A stretch of DNA of 63,969 nucleotides, the filler included, from Folioceros fuciformis (Eukaryota): the NCBI GenBank assembly GCA_049999805.1. It is 3 parts of one record of this genome, joined end to end, with 100 filler letters (N's around TTAATTAATTAA, not from the genome) between each part and the next. Parts side by side here need not be neighbours in the genome. Positions count along the whole stretch, not along the records: positions 1 to 23,892 come from JBNGIO010006183.1; 2 more parts are not named here. The stretch is one strand, 5' to 3'. Position numbers and translations under genes: made by a program. The notes beneath the pieces are model-generated. The model had not been told where the DNA came from. It was given only the letters and a program-made list of their open reading frames with translations, and searched no databases. Below, one piece after another: positions 1-13,379 of the stretch; the first letter of the stretch is position 1; the number at the start of each line of letters is the position of its first letter.

Positions 1-3000
1 TTTTATTATACACCCCATATAATATATAATATATAATATAATACATACCTACATATGTATGTGCTGTACAGCTACAGCTAGGCAGTAATTTTGCAACCGT
101 ACGATATTAGTGGCAGCACACCACAGGCCCGGAGGGGGCGGGTGGTGGGGGCCGGTCCGGGCCGAGACGAGCCGGGCCAGGCCGGGCCGGGCCGGGCCGG
201 CGACCTGGGAGCTCCGCATGGCCTCCGGACTCTGGACTCTCGGGACTCAATCATTCATGTGCTCAGGCCAGTCCCAGTACCCAGTACCCAGTACCCCCGA
301 CTCCGCTCCGGTCATGTCCTGTCCTGTCCGATGCCACTACTGTGCTCCCTTTCCTTTCTAAATTTTCACTATTTATTGTTGTTATTATTATTATTGTGTT
401 GCTGTTTCCAGTTTTCCTGGTTTCATTATTGTGTGCTCCTCCTGTACAAACTCCCCCCCAACCCCCAAAGCCGGCCGGTGCACCCACCGCCCCCCCCAAT
501 GGGACTCCAGTCTACACCCAACACCTCTACTCCACCCAGTTTAACAACCTTTCACGTCTCCCCACAGTTACCTCCATAGCCTGTGCTTGTGCCTGTGCCT
601 GTGCCTTTGCCTGTGCCTTTGCCTGTGCCTGTGCCTTTGCCTTCGCCGGTCCTTCGCTTACCCCACGTGTCGGTCAACAAGTCGCTAATGCCAAACAATA
701 TCCGTACTGTATATGGTTTCCAATACTTATCCAAGAGCTGAGCTGGGCTGGGCAGGGCAGGGCAGGGGGCTAGGGCTGGGCTGGGCTGGGCTGGGCAAAA
801 GGCGCTCCGATGCCGGGTGTGGGCCCCTCGGTGCTTCCCCCCTCTGCAACATGCCGGTACACACACCATCATACCTCGCATCGTTTGCCGCGCTGCGCCG
901 CGCCGCGCCGCGTACACCCACCTACCAAACAACACGCTCCATCCACGCTCGCTCGCTCGCTGGCTGGCTCTCTCTTTTGCCTCCACTCCTAAAATCTACT
1001 CCGTTATTCAATAACTGGTGCACCACGCCATATCATTTTTCCACGCCCCGGGGGACCTACAACGCACGGTACGTCCACACACCACATACATACATACATA
1101 TGTACGTATGTATGTATGTATGTATGTATGTATGTATGTATGCAGTTACGAACCCGCCAGCCCAAGCCCAGGCCCGCCAGCCACCAGCCCGTTTCGCCTA
1201 CCACCATTTACACATATCGTTCCTCCTCGAAGCGGAGGCCCCATGTCTGTCATATATAAAATCGTGGTTACACCCCCCCTATAATATTTACTCCCGGGTG
1301 ACATGGGCCATGGAATGAATGAAAAAGTAGCAAAAGGAGTAGCATGAGAACCACGCCTAGCTATCATGATGCCGCCCAGGGGGTCTTTGTGTCATTCACA
1401 ATAAAGGCTGGCTTCCATTATATATATATCATCCTCCCATCATTCAAGCCCCTATCCAAACCCACTCAACCCATATGGATGGAATACTTCCGTACACTCT
1501 CTCTCTCTCTCTTTCTCTTAAACAATGTGTGTTCCGAGGAGGGGGCGGCGCTGCGCTCCTATCTCTCTCTCTCAAAACGTAATTTCTGTCTTCCATGTGC
1601 ATCATTCCATGCTTCCATGCTGAATATTACAAGCATCATGAAAAAAAGCGCCATCCCGATCTTCCTATCCCCTCTATTCCATAAGAGTACACCCACATGA
1701 GGCCCTTGAGGAGAGCAGAGCAGAGCATAGCAAAGCATAGCATAGCATAGCAGTCGTGACCATCACCACTCAACTCATGCTGATATTGATGCTGATGGCC
1801 ATGGCCACATGGCGATGACACTTCGCCACATGTATATATATATACCCCATATGATATGACCACCACAGGCACTATGCTGTGTACCCTGCTGTTGTCAGTC
1901 TTGTTCAATCAATATGCATGTTTATGATTGTGAAAATATATTTATTCCTACAACTAAATCCTTCCAATCGTCCCTCCCAATCATCCCCTTCCAATCCTCG
2001 CACTAGGCATGCTCCTTAAAAAACTGCCTTGTCTTGCCTTGCCTTGCCTTGCCTTATAAGCAATCTCCATGCTCCTGGCTGCTCCAATCAGGAGGATGTC
2101 GTGTCCCTTATCTCCAATCAAATATCTTGATAAGTCTACTCTACTACTTGTACTTTCTCGTTCCTTTTTATAGCACCACACCACAATTCTCTCTGCATCA
2201 ATCTTCTACTTCCATTTCCTATCGGCTCTCCCTAGAGTTCATCTCAATTCACGTAACTCAAACAAACATTCATGCACAAAATTATCTATGCTTCCATTAT
2301 CATCTTCACATAAAAACTTTCAACACCAGCTCCCAAGAGCACACAATGCTTCTTGCACAAGCCTTTACTCTACATGCCCAATGTATGTGTAGGCATCAGA
2401 TTCATTAATCAAGGAGGAAAAAGAAAGAAAGAGAGAAAAGCATCTAGTTAGGAATCTCTTTTTCTTTTTTGATCACTGTGCATTGCATTGCATTGCATTG
2501 CATTGCATTGCATTGCATTGCATTACATTGCATTGCCTTGCCTTGCCTTGCCTTGCCTTGCCCTGCTAGTGAAATTAAACTTAAACAATAACATCCATCT
2601 CTTAATGTGCCTAAAGTGTGTCCCTGTGTGTGTGTGCCTAAAGTGTGTCCATCTCCATCTATGTGTGTGTGTCTCAGATGGAATCAGATCTAATCATAGC
2701 GCGTGTGGTCCACGCAAGGATATCACCAATAATAAAAAGAAGGCATATTGATACAATGTTCTTCTTCTTTTGTTGGATGAGGATCTTGTGTTAATCAACA
2801 AATGATATTCCAAGATTATTGGAGTGTATGGATGTGGGAAGTTCCCCAAAAACCCACACACACCTAGCTTTTAAGATGCTGATCTAGACTTTACATGAAT
2901 GGTGAGATAAAATAATCAGAAAAATAAAAATAAATTAATAGGGTTATAAAATAAAGATAATATCCCCGAGAGTGAGCACTCCTCCGTAGCACACATTTCT

Positions 3001-4560
3001 AGTCGCCTGACACCACTCAAAGCAAATATTCAAGAATTATGAAATTGGATTCTCTGTAGAATCCCCCTTTTTCAGATTCTAAACAAAATATTCATGGAGT
3101 TAGGAGCTGGAAGATTCACACGGCTTGGATGGCAGCAGCGGGGGGAGAGCGCGCGGTGCTCAATTTATCATGACAAGCAGCAGGAAGCACAGATGCCAGT
3201 GGCCATTCTTCATAAGCAGCAGCAGCAGCAGCAGCAGCAGCCTGTAGGGATACGGCCCAGCCCGGTCTGGTCTGGTCTCGTCTGGTCTCGTCTGGTCCAT
3301 ACCAGTCCACTCCACTCCAGCCCACTCCACTCCAGCCCACTCCAGTTTGGCACGGGGGAAGGAAGACTTTGACCTGGTGGCTACCTCGGATTTCCACCCA
3401 CCCACCCAGCCAAGCCAAGCCTTGGAGCCAAGGCCAGGTCTGGCCTGGATGTTAGCCCTATTTTCTTTCCCCAAGGTCTGTACACGACACGCTTTTTGGT
3501 GTCACGGGAAGTGCAACGCAATGCCCCCCCGGTTCCAGCGAGCAGAGAAGAGGATAAATCCCGCTTCCCGCGGAGGACGTGCAACTTGGCAGGCAACGCC
3601 GCCCAGGACTCCAGGTTACGTGACGGGAACCCACATTCTCCCACCTTTGTCCTTCTTCTTGTCTCATTATTTTCTACGCTACGCTCCCATGACATCACTA
3701 CCGTATCTCCGCGTAAACACATATGTATGTACAGTACACACATACCTAATTACGTCCTATGCGACGGGCTGCGCTCCACTTCGGTCGGGGCCCGTTTTCG
3801 TTGGGATATACGGCATTTACCGAACCCAGCCCAGCCCAGCCTAGCCTGACCGAGCCGAGCACAGCCGAGCCGAGCCGAGCAGCCCGGTTTGTACATATAT
3901 GATGCATAAAAAAATATCACGAGGTGAAGCGACGAAATGACGCAGGCAGGGGTTACAAATGCCGATTATGGATTAGGCAGGAAGAGTACAGGATGTATGT
4001 GCCGAGTCAAGCCTTATCTTGATGTGGATCCGAGTGCGGTGGGAGACGAGGGCTGGACAGGGTCCGGAAGGATGGAGGAGGGCCCCGAGAGGGTTGGAAG
4101 TACAGCCCGGGGCCCTACCGCCCTGAGGCCCAGCTCGGTTCGGAACCCAGCCCCCGACGGAAGTTTAGGGTTAAGGGCCCAAGGGCCGCGTTTATGGGGA
4201 GGACAAGACATCAAAAAAAAAAAAAAAAAAAAATTGATGGCAGATGTGGCTGCCGTCATGGCGGGGCCACGTCTTGGTAGCCCGAGGCTCCGGGAACAGG
4301 ATGCCGGGCCAGCGTGGAGGGTAGTGGGCTTTGGGAGGTCCGGGCCGAACCCACGCCTCCCACACCCACTCCACCTCCGCCTCTCTTTCTCCCTTTCATG
4401 CCTTGCCCTGCCGGGTGCCCTGCCCTTCCCCTCGTCTCGCTCACGCCTCACCCAGCCTCACCCAGCCTCACCCAGCCTCTCCCCCTGCCCCGTCCCGCGG
4501 GCGTGGCCTGCTCGTCGCTGTGCAGTGAAGTGCTGTGCTGCGCTGTGCAGTGCTGCAGGC
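1..4560. repeat. Non-coding region dense in simple sequence repeats
   Basis: (GCCTGT/GCCTTT)n ~579-643; (GGGCT/GGGCA)n ~744-795; (ACAT)n then (ATGT)n ~1084-1142; (GCATT)n+(GCCTT)n ~2480-2562; (CAG)n ~3215-3240; poly-A ~4213-4232. ORFs here are low-complexity translations of the repeats. Confidence 0.85.
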
Positions 4561-5467
4561 AGGCGCCAGCACCAAAGCCAGCGTCCGCCTTCGGGCGCCA
4601 TCACCTCGAGTTGGTGAGTCGGCGAGCTTATCCATGACTTCGCGTCTGTGGCCGCGCTTTCTGCTGCACCGTCACCCGCGCCCTTGTCCTGTAGGCTCTC
4701 CTGCCTTGCCTTAAGACGGGCCCTTCCCCTCCCCTCTCTTGTCTCTTGCCTGTCTTCCTGCCTGCCACTGCCGCCTTCCCCGGCGCCTTCGCTTCTGCCT
4801 GCGCGCGCCCTTGCTTCACCTTCTTCTCGCGCATTGCAAGCTCCGCCTGCTCTACTCTCCTCGCTTCTGCCCTGCTCTACTCTTCGCCAATTGTGACCTC
4901 CTTCCCTCCCCTCCCCTCCGCCCTCCGCTGCCCTCCGTAATTCAGAAGGAAGGCCGGGGGTTTGGTCCATTAGAGTGCCGCCTCCAGATCTGGACTCAGC
5001 CCGGCACGGAAGCGTCTTCTCTCGGCGATAGATACTCATCACCTTCCGGAGGGGGAGAGCAGAGGAGTGGAGGCAAATTTGGGACAGGGTTTAGTAGTTT
5101 GTGGCTGCTCCGTTTCATGTGTTGGCCACCGGCTTGCGCCTTCGTCGCTGGTGGTGCAGGGGCCTATGGAGGACGGCTTCTGCTGACAGCACCCGTGTGG
5201 AAGTGGCGTTTGCCGGAGCTACGGCGGCCGGGCCTGTGACAGCCTTGTGTATGGAAAACGTCAACAGCCGACTCCACAGACTACAACGCAGCTCCTACAC
5301 CAAGCACTGCCCTCCTTGAGCGAGCGGCCGTGGATGAGGAGGAGGAGCGGCGGGGACTTGGCGCCACTGTACTTGCCTCTCGTGTAACTCGCTCGCCTGG
5401 GCTTCTTGATTCTTGGGTTCGCACCATCGTACCTTGGGGCGAGTTTGGCGTCACGTCTTGAAGCACA

Positions 5468-6703
5468 ATGTCGGTTGCTTATGCGTACGAGAACGGGTGG
5501 GACATTGGAGCAGGAGCCCGGGGCGGACATATGATGGTAGCCTCGCAGAGCCATGTGTGCGGAGGAGATGCGCCTACGTTCCGCTCTAAGCATCAGCAGG
5601 ACTCCATGATCCGGGGCTTCTCGGCCATATCCAAGTATATGCACTCCCAGCCCGCTCAGCCGGACTGCTGTAGCAAGCCCTCTCCTCCGTCTCCAGGCCC
5701 GTCCAGTCCGCCTTGCCTTTCTTCTCTGTCCGAAGACAGAATGAGCCCGCCCTCGTCTTCGCCTCCTCCGCACCTCTCCGGAGCCTCCTCTAGAATTGAG
5801 CCTGCCAATGCCGAAGCTCACCCTCAGTCTTCCCCCGGATCCGGTGCCACGTCTTCGGAAATGGCGTCCGATGTCACCGATCAGCCTTTTCTTGGACTTA
5901 GTCAACATGTGGACGACCACGCGGCGAGTGAAGCTCTTTTCATTGACACCCATGTTGAAGGTGATGAACCGCAGCAGCCAGGGGATGGAGCCCTCGTTCC
6001 TCAACGCTTCCCCACTCCGGCATCTTCAGCTTCCTCGCTTTCCTCTTCCATTGGAGAGGCCAGGGATGATAGCTCCTCCTCCTCTGAAGATGACAAGGAC
6101 ATGGAAGCCCAGTCCGCGTATCGTGGACCTCTTGAGCAGATGAGCGAACTCGAGTCTTCTCTCCCGATCAAGTAAGGGTTTCTTTCCCCTCTTCCACCAC
6201 CACCCACTCTTCCTTCCCCCTTCACCGTCCCTTCCCTGTTACACGCCATTCTACTTCCTCGCTCATGACACTGTGGAGTGCCAGTTCTTGGAAGTATCAC
6301 TAACGTACTCTTCCTTAATATTTGCAGAAGAGGTCTGTCACGCTATTTCAACGGAAAGTCTCGATCTTTTACGTCACTGGCAGATGCCTCCTCACTGTTG
6401 GATGTCAAGGAACTGGCCAAGGCCGAGAATCCCTTCAATCGCAAGAGAAAGATGTTTGGTGGTGGTCATCATCGCTGTTTCCCTCCCCTGCCTTCCGGTG
6501 CTGGAGTTTCTAAGAGGACCACTGCCACCAACCGAAGCAACCTGGCTTTATCCGTCTCTATCATTTCGGAAGTGGATCATGCTCCTCCCAGAGGCAGGCA
6601 AAGTAGTTCTGTCCCTCCAAGATCTCCTGCTCCTTCCAGGTCATTTTCGCTCACAGATCTGCCCGGGACAAGTGGCCTGTCGTCATCCTTTCGAGGGGCA
6701 TGA
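5468..6703 (+). CDS. OXS3: OXIDATIVE STRESS 3-like protein; 2 exons (5468-6171, 6328-6703)
   Basis: Spliced motif QSAYRGPLEQMSELESSLPIK|RGLSRYFNGKSRSFTSL...KELAKAENPFNRKRK is the OXS3 family signature. The GT (6172)...AG (6327) intron keeps the frame. Confidence 0.88.
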
Positions 6704-9701
6704 TGGAGGATTTTGTAGTAGCTTGTGAAGAGTGGGCACCGTTCGGGGACTAGATCAAGAAGCTGCTAGTATCTCCTAGCTTTTAGTTAGGTCGTATGGT
6801 TGGAAGATCATCCTGTCAGAAAAAACTTCTACCGACTTGGAGAGCGATCTTGGTCCAAATTTTTCTTTTTGAGCTGCGAGAGGTTGGTATCCATTACTCA
6901 TAACAGGCTTGCCTCTCTTCTCTGTGCGGTGGAAAGAAACATCTAATCACCCGTCTAGAGCTTGAGCTTTATCTTCTTCCTTTGGTGTGGAGTTAGCCAT
7001 CTTCGGTTGCATGTAGAGGAGCTTGTAAACCTGGTGGGGTGGGGAAGGGGTCACACAGATGTTGGGACAGCGCCTTGGGCTGGTGCCAAGAAGGTCGAGG
7101 CCCAAGCTTGAATGTTGATGAAAAAAGTAGAAACCTGAAGAGAAACGAAGGCGGACATTACCTCCTGACTTTAGATTAAACATTTTAATTTGTGGTTAAT
7201 TTGTAAAATACTTTTTTTGTGTGTGCTTAACTAGTTCAGAACGCGCTCCATGCAGAGCTGCCATGTACAACTGCCTATCTGAGTTGTCGATTCGGCTCTC
7301 GGGTTGCTGACCAATTTCTCCTCTTGTTCTTTATCCACCTTGTGCATTTGGGCTGGCCAGGCGTACCGGGGCAGTGTCCAGTGGCCAAATTTAGAGGCTA
7401 GGGCAATCCTTCGTTGGACACGAAGGACTGACAAATCACAGATAACTTTAAACACCATTTAAGTATTTTGAATGAACATTGATGCCAGAATAATGCTTGG
7501 TGTAACCAAGTGTTTCCTACTCAGGGAGTCATCTGTTTATTGATGGTACCCTCATATATAATTATCACGCATTTCCTGTCTGGGGCACAGGTGCACCTTC
7601 TAACAGTATTCAGCAACCTGGTCACCCTGTTCATCGTGCCTATTTTGGTCTTGGGGACGGGGATATACCTTACGCGGGATAAGGTACATCACATAAAATT
7701 AGCTCCTCCATATATAAGAAAGAATTCACTGGAACGAACACTACAAGCTGCAAAACACTTGAGGGTGAATAAACACATTTTGCAGCCTTCCAGGCGTAGA
7801 GAAGAAGAGCAAAGCTGAATTCAAGGACCGAGTATGTATTTCTGTCCAGCCTGCAAAAGTTCACAGCTTCACACGCACTACACTACTGCTACTGAAGAGA
7901 TTCACTGCAAATAAAAATGCTGAATTAGATCGTGCCACCAAAGCGACTACTGCTTCGTCTCCTCTCACAGAAACTGTGCTTGTAGTGTCCTCTTCCGTGA
8001 AACAAGCCTACACGAACCGTAGTGTGCTTTTCTACCCTCCATCAAGCCTTACGACAGCTAATCCTTTTTATACCGAGGAGCTTCTCATCACACGATGTTA
8101 AAGCCAGAACTTTGTGACATCCGACAATGGTTTGCAAATCGGCGATGGCCACAAGTCAGGCTTTCATATGTGTGGTGCCCTCCAAGCACTGAAATCGAGG
8201 TGCTCTATTAGCTTTTTCTCTTACAATGGCCTACCTCCCGACAGAGAGTGTGGAGATAACGATCACCGTGGAGTGTGCCGATTCCAGGTACGTCAAGGGC
8301 TCTGAAGGCATCCTCTTGTCCTCGGGTCTTGGGATGCGCAGCGGCCTAAAAGGATCCAGCTCAAAGCGCTTGCTGAGGCGATATACGTTTTGGGACCACG
8401 GAGTCTGTCCAACTTGCCTCGTAGGCTACTCCCAGCAAGATGGAACTGCCAACCAGATTTGCAGAGCGCTCTGGAAAAGTCTAGGTCTCTCCCATGGTTT
8501 GACGAGCCAGCTTTCCAGAATGGCGCAAACGAGGACCACGACGGTGCTGATAAGAGTGATCCGCCAGTTGAAGTATAACACCCTGCACTGCAACCAAGGC
8601 CTCCTCCTGTCCTATGCCGTAAGAATCTGCGGCAGGGGAGCGCACCAACGGTCAATTGGAACGCAGTCTTGCGCCGCCAGCTCAGCCGAGGTTTACACTC
8701 AACTATCGGCGGCCTTCACCTACTCCTCGTGCACTGGACGCTGGAAATGCTGTAGTGGCAAGGCCAAGTTCCAAGGCTTCTCGAGGTGGTGAAGGGCCGT
8801 TCGATCCAAGGAATGTTGATCGTGCACATACACAATGTGAGGCCCCTGAGGTTACCTGTGCGACATTGCCTCTGCTAGTGAATTCCCAAAGTAACAGTGC
8901 TGTTGCGCACTGTAGGATGCCAATATGAGATGTTGCAAGTCCAGTCACAAACCAGCCCCACCACCGCCAGGTGCCATGGCAGCCAAATAAACGCGGCGTG
9001 ATCCCTCCGACACACGCAGTCTCTTCACGGGATCTCCCGCTCATGCGTCAAGCGTGCCATACTTCTGAAGTCATCCTCCTCTTTCGGTATTGCGTGGCCT
9101 TCCGTAACGAGACAGTTTACTAGATGCCGGCTCGTCGCCACTCATTGTTAGAGGCACGCAACTTGCAATCTTGCTTGTAGTTGTGTGCCCCTTTTTGACG
9201 GAGGCCTGTACGCCTGTAGCTCGATGTGACGAACTGTGCCAGCAGGGTCTTACGAGAATGATTAGGGAGTGGGACTTTGCTGTGGGTTTCCACCCTACGA
9301 TTTCCCACTGCTGGGAAATCGCAGGCGGCGATGATTGTTTGGTGAACAGTAGAGAGTGACGAAAGGCCGGTTCTGTCAAGCTACCACTTGTTGACCTCAC
9401 CGGAAATGTAGCAGATGAGGAAATGGCCAAATTGAGGAGACGGTCTCGGACTTGGCGTTGTCCCTTGCCACAGTCGTTTCCCCTTGGAAGGTTGACAATC
9501 TCTTCGGCGTGAATGACAATGAGCAAAGCATCAGTCGCACAGGTGTATTTCGATATAAAAGATGATTACAAGGATCAAAGAATCTACAATATGACAAGCT
9601 TTCTATAAAAGCTTCATCGTGTTTGTCACAAATGGCCAACGCTGGACCTTGCAAAGATACCTTTCCGGTGGAAAGATCCATTTGGAATTTCCCGCGGTTC
9701 A

Positions 9702-12009
9702 CTATGCTGATACCTCATCCTCATCCAGCAGATCAATAATTCTTGCAAGGACCCGAAAACCTTGCTGGAAATCTGACAACAAACAGTACTCATTTTTCGC
9801 ATGATAAGTGGCCATCACACCTGATCAGGACCAAGAATGGGCTTTTTCAGTGCTCTGGCCACCAAGCAGGGATGACTTGTACAACGTGCACGACGAAAGG
9901 GTTGAGAGGAGTTGCACTAGCCCATGGCTACTTACCATAACCAGCAGTTTGCACATCAAATCCTTCATCCTGCCAAGATATAGGCAGGCACTCCGTCAGC
10001 ATACTTTCAACCTCCTTTCAGTCTTTGTTGATAGAGAAACCGAAACAGGGAACCTACTTGCAGATCTTTAATTAAAGGTAAGGACCCTGTTATTGAGTAT
10101 GGTTTCACGACTCCAATCACTTCTTCCGTGGCTTTGCATAAAGCATGGAAGCCCTTTGAGTCCAACTTGCATGCTACTCCTCTCATCATCTCCTCCTCAC
10201 ACTCCCAAGTGATCCTGCAAGGACATGGAATGGAGCTTCAGCAGTGTAACACTTTTCTTACAGATCCCTTGCAAACCAAGTCATCGACATATAACATGCA
10301 CCTGGCACCAATACTCACCTGCCTTTCAGTCCCTCGTCTGGAAGCTCGTACTTTGATACAGGACCACGGGTTGCCAACTTCTCCAGATTTGCGTTGATGT
10401 CATCTACGTAAGTTCTGATTTTCTTTGCCACAGCTCCAACACTGCAAAACCTCTACCGTCATTTCCTCTTTCTCTCTGTATTGACTGAAGTCCGAACAGT
10501 CGTCATCACGTCCTCCTAATCTCAGCTGTGTCCCTTCGCAGAGTTCAAAATAACAGGAAATGTAGGAAAGGTTGAACGTCTTACTCATAGAACGGTGTTA
10601 TCCTGCAGCCATCAAAAGCTAACCCTGTCAGAGGGCAAAGGCTAAGAGATGTCTGGGAATGACCTTTCCGGGTCATGATTTGCAAGCAAGGGCAACCAAC
10701 CTGCAATCCCCAGAAATGGTGCACTCTGCAGGGATCTGATTGATGCCACCTCCTGGATCTGGACATGGAAATGCAAATCACGAGTCAACGGTTCCATACC
10801 AAACCACGGACCGCGCAAGCCTTTGCTCCACTCACAAGTCCATTGTGTCGGCTTCATTGTTGATGGGGTTGCAAAACCATATCGAACCTCTTCAGGGTGA
10901 GGGGGGAAGTCAGTGTAGAAACGTGTTTGGATCTCTTTCAAAGCTTCCATGGCCAGCTCTAAGGGATTGATTGCCTGCAAGCAAATCAATCTGCCCTTCA
11001 AATAAGGTTCTGCGTCTATGCCACAAAGTTATTACCCGCATCCTGATGTAGAAAAAAGTCCGGCTTGTCAGCCTAGGCTACAAAGTAAGCATTGGGCGAC
11101 CTTGTGGGCGAGACCGCTGTGGAAAAGCTTTCCTGTAGCCCGCAGCTTCCAAGCAATCATCGACCCAGTACCTATGCATGGTTGCTTGTCGGCAGTGTCA
11201 ATCCACATCCTGTCACAGCCATAATGACGTGTCCCATGATGAATGTGCATTCAACTTCAATGACACATAAAACATATTGCAGTGCAGTAGCCCAGGAACT
11301 CACAATGGGCCAGACTTCAGTTTGTCCAGAAGGCCGTCCTTAACAAGTGCATCCACTCCAACTCCTGTAATTGCAGAGTTCTCTTCATTGGCAATAAATA
11401 CTGCCACAACAGAAGTCTTGAGCTTGGGTTTCTCTTGCCCTAGCTGCCGCATGAGCTCTGTCACCAAAGCCACATGCCCCAAGCAATCTGTTGTCCCACG
11501 ACCACAAAGCTTGTCGCCATCGATTTTCAAGGAAAATGGATCGAACTCCTGCAAAAAGTGGTGGCACTCCTCAGAACTGGCATCAGCGTAACCAGCGAGC
11601 AAACTCCCGTCATCAGAACCAGGAAACGCGGATGCGGCTGGAGCTACGAGTCACTAAGCAAAGCAAGGCTCTGAACTGAGCAATAGATCACTCTCACCCA
11701 GTCCTCAGGATTGGCGGTAACGACGTCCATGTGACAGCCCACGAATGAAACAATCTTGCCCTCCTCGCTACCGGGGTATTCCACAATGATATTCCCACGG
11801 CCCTCCACATAGCTTACGTGCTTGACGTAAAGCGGGCCGCCCTCCTCTACGCTCAGCGGGCTCAGAACCTCCAACACATGGCGCGCTGCACGATCTTCCT
11901 TGGGCACCAACTCCGGGGGATTGTTCTGTAGATACTTGGCTTCCCCTATGAGCTTCCCTAGTAGCGACACGAAGCGCTCCGGCTCCAGCTCCAAGTCCTT
12001 CACTGCCAT
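9702..12009 (-). CDS. Acetylornithine deacetylase (peptidase M20 family); 10 exons
   Basis: Motifs GCHMDVV, GRGTTDCLGH, ANEEN, GKLFHSG, YPGGGINQIP, GSLPLI, YHAKNEYC. Exons traced with GT-AG borders: 12009-11698, 11548-11304, 11209-11101, 10974-10836, 10758-10701, 10602-10585 (18-nt microexon), 10441-10319, ~10214-10058, ~9969-9936, 9820-9702. Confidence 0.95.
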
Positions 12010-12489
12010 GTTTGCGCCCCGCTCTCTTTGGAATTGCACAGTTATGGTTACTCTGAGTTTCCTTTTAACTTTCCAGTTATGTATTCGGTAGTGGGATGGA
12101 AACGGGGAGGTAGGTGGCCTGATGATAAAGCCGCAGACCCCTCGCACTGGGGAAGGACTGTCCCGGCGGTGGCTGTGTGCTGGAATACCGGATTCGGATG
12201 GAGGGTAGGAGCAGGGTTCTGCACCTCGAATGGCCTTTCTCCATGATTTTCAATCGGTTCGGGGAGTGCATGCCCCGGCATGGGTGCATGGCGACGGAAC
12301 CTTCTACCCGTGTGGAATGAAACGGATATCTTACATAAGATGTAAAATTATGTATATCTATCTCGAAAAAAGAGGAAAGAAAAAGATGACAAAGGCGACG
12401 GGCCGACGAGGACTAATCTCATGGCGACCATATTTATAACGACCAACGGTACTAATCATATGAGACTTGAAAGGGTCTGTCTATCACTA

Positions 12490-13350
12490 GAGTCGCTAGT
12501 AGAGCTTCAATGTGCTCCCTATTGTTTCTTAAGTAGTGTTTGCCAACGTCCTTTATGGAGTGATGGAGATATAGAGAAACCCATAAACATTTCCTAAGGA
12601 ACCTAGAGAATGCCTTACATATGCCCTCATGGACTCAAATAGTAAGGGAAATGAAGGTATGCCCAATCTGCATGGGGTGTATTGTGGATCTTGGTTGATG
12701 TGTATCCCTCCTCCAACTAACTAGGGGATTAAGGAGGATCTACTCGCATATGAAGTCCTCCATAGGACAAAAAGCCACCTTCCTTGGCCCAAGAAAAAAA
12801 GGGTCTCCCATGACACATTGTGGATAGCAAAATATTGCCCTCCCACATGGAATCAAACTAGATTCATCCCTAAGTCGTTTAGAGGCACCCTACAATTCCA
12901 TGTCAAAAGAGAGCAAGCTTGGGAATAGATCAAATCAAGGCGAAACCTCATTATAATGGAGAATCTTATTGGTGCAATATCGATTCGGAAAGCCTAGATG
13001 CATAGTTGTGCCAAAAGCCAATGCATGAGCATAACATGAGGCAAGCTTGAATTGGTCAAGGAATAGAAGAGTCTCAAAAGAAAATGAGTTGCACTTGCTA
13101 ACATTTCTTCTCAAGAAGAGAAGCGTAAGGCCCACAAATCCTCATTTGAGAAAGTGATAAAAAGTAATGAATAGTAGCCCTTGCTTAGTCAAAAGAGAGT
13201 GACCCGTTTGAAACTTTAGGGACACGTGCAATGCCTAGAAATAAAAAGTGCCCTCCCCAACACCAAGGACAAAAGATTTTAATATGCAAAAAATTCTAAC
13301 AAGGAAGCAAGAAGCCAAGATCTAAGATGAGAGAGCCAAACTCCCAACTG
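12490..13350 (-). mobile_element. Degenerate 5'-truncated CRE-like non-LTR retrotransposon fragment (3' RLE region)
   Basis: Minus-strand translation, with stops and frameshifts, gives GSLALSS*ILASCFL, SFVLGVGEG, SLLEKK, WLLAQLCI*AFRI..MRFRLDL and QIGHTFISLTI*VHEG..FSRF. These are collinear with the C-terminal part of the element at 15233-18382. Confidence 0.8.
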
Positions 13351-13379
13351 CTGTGGACACCAAAACAAGGTGTGAAGTT

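Noticed and set aside
1699-2979. Partial matches to conserved miRNAs (miR477-like near 1700, miR156 3' half near 2968)
   Set aside because: The matches are short or gapped and I saw no complementary hairpin arm.
91-4617. Numerous 60-226 aa ORFs in the first 4.6 kb
   Set aside because: Low-complexity translations of microsatellites with no recognisable domain.
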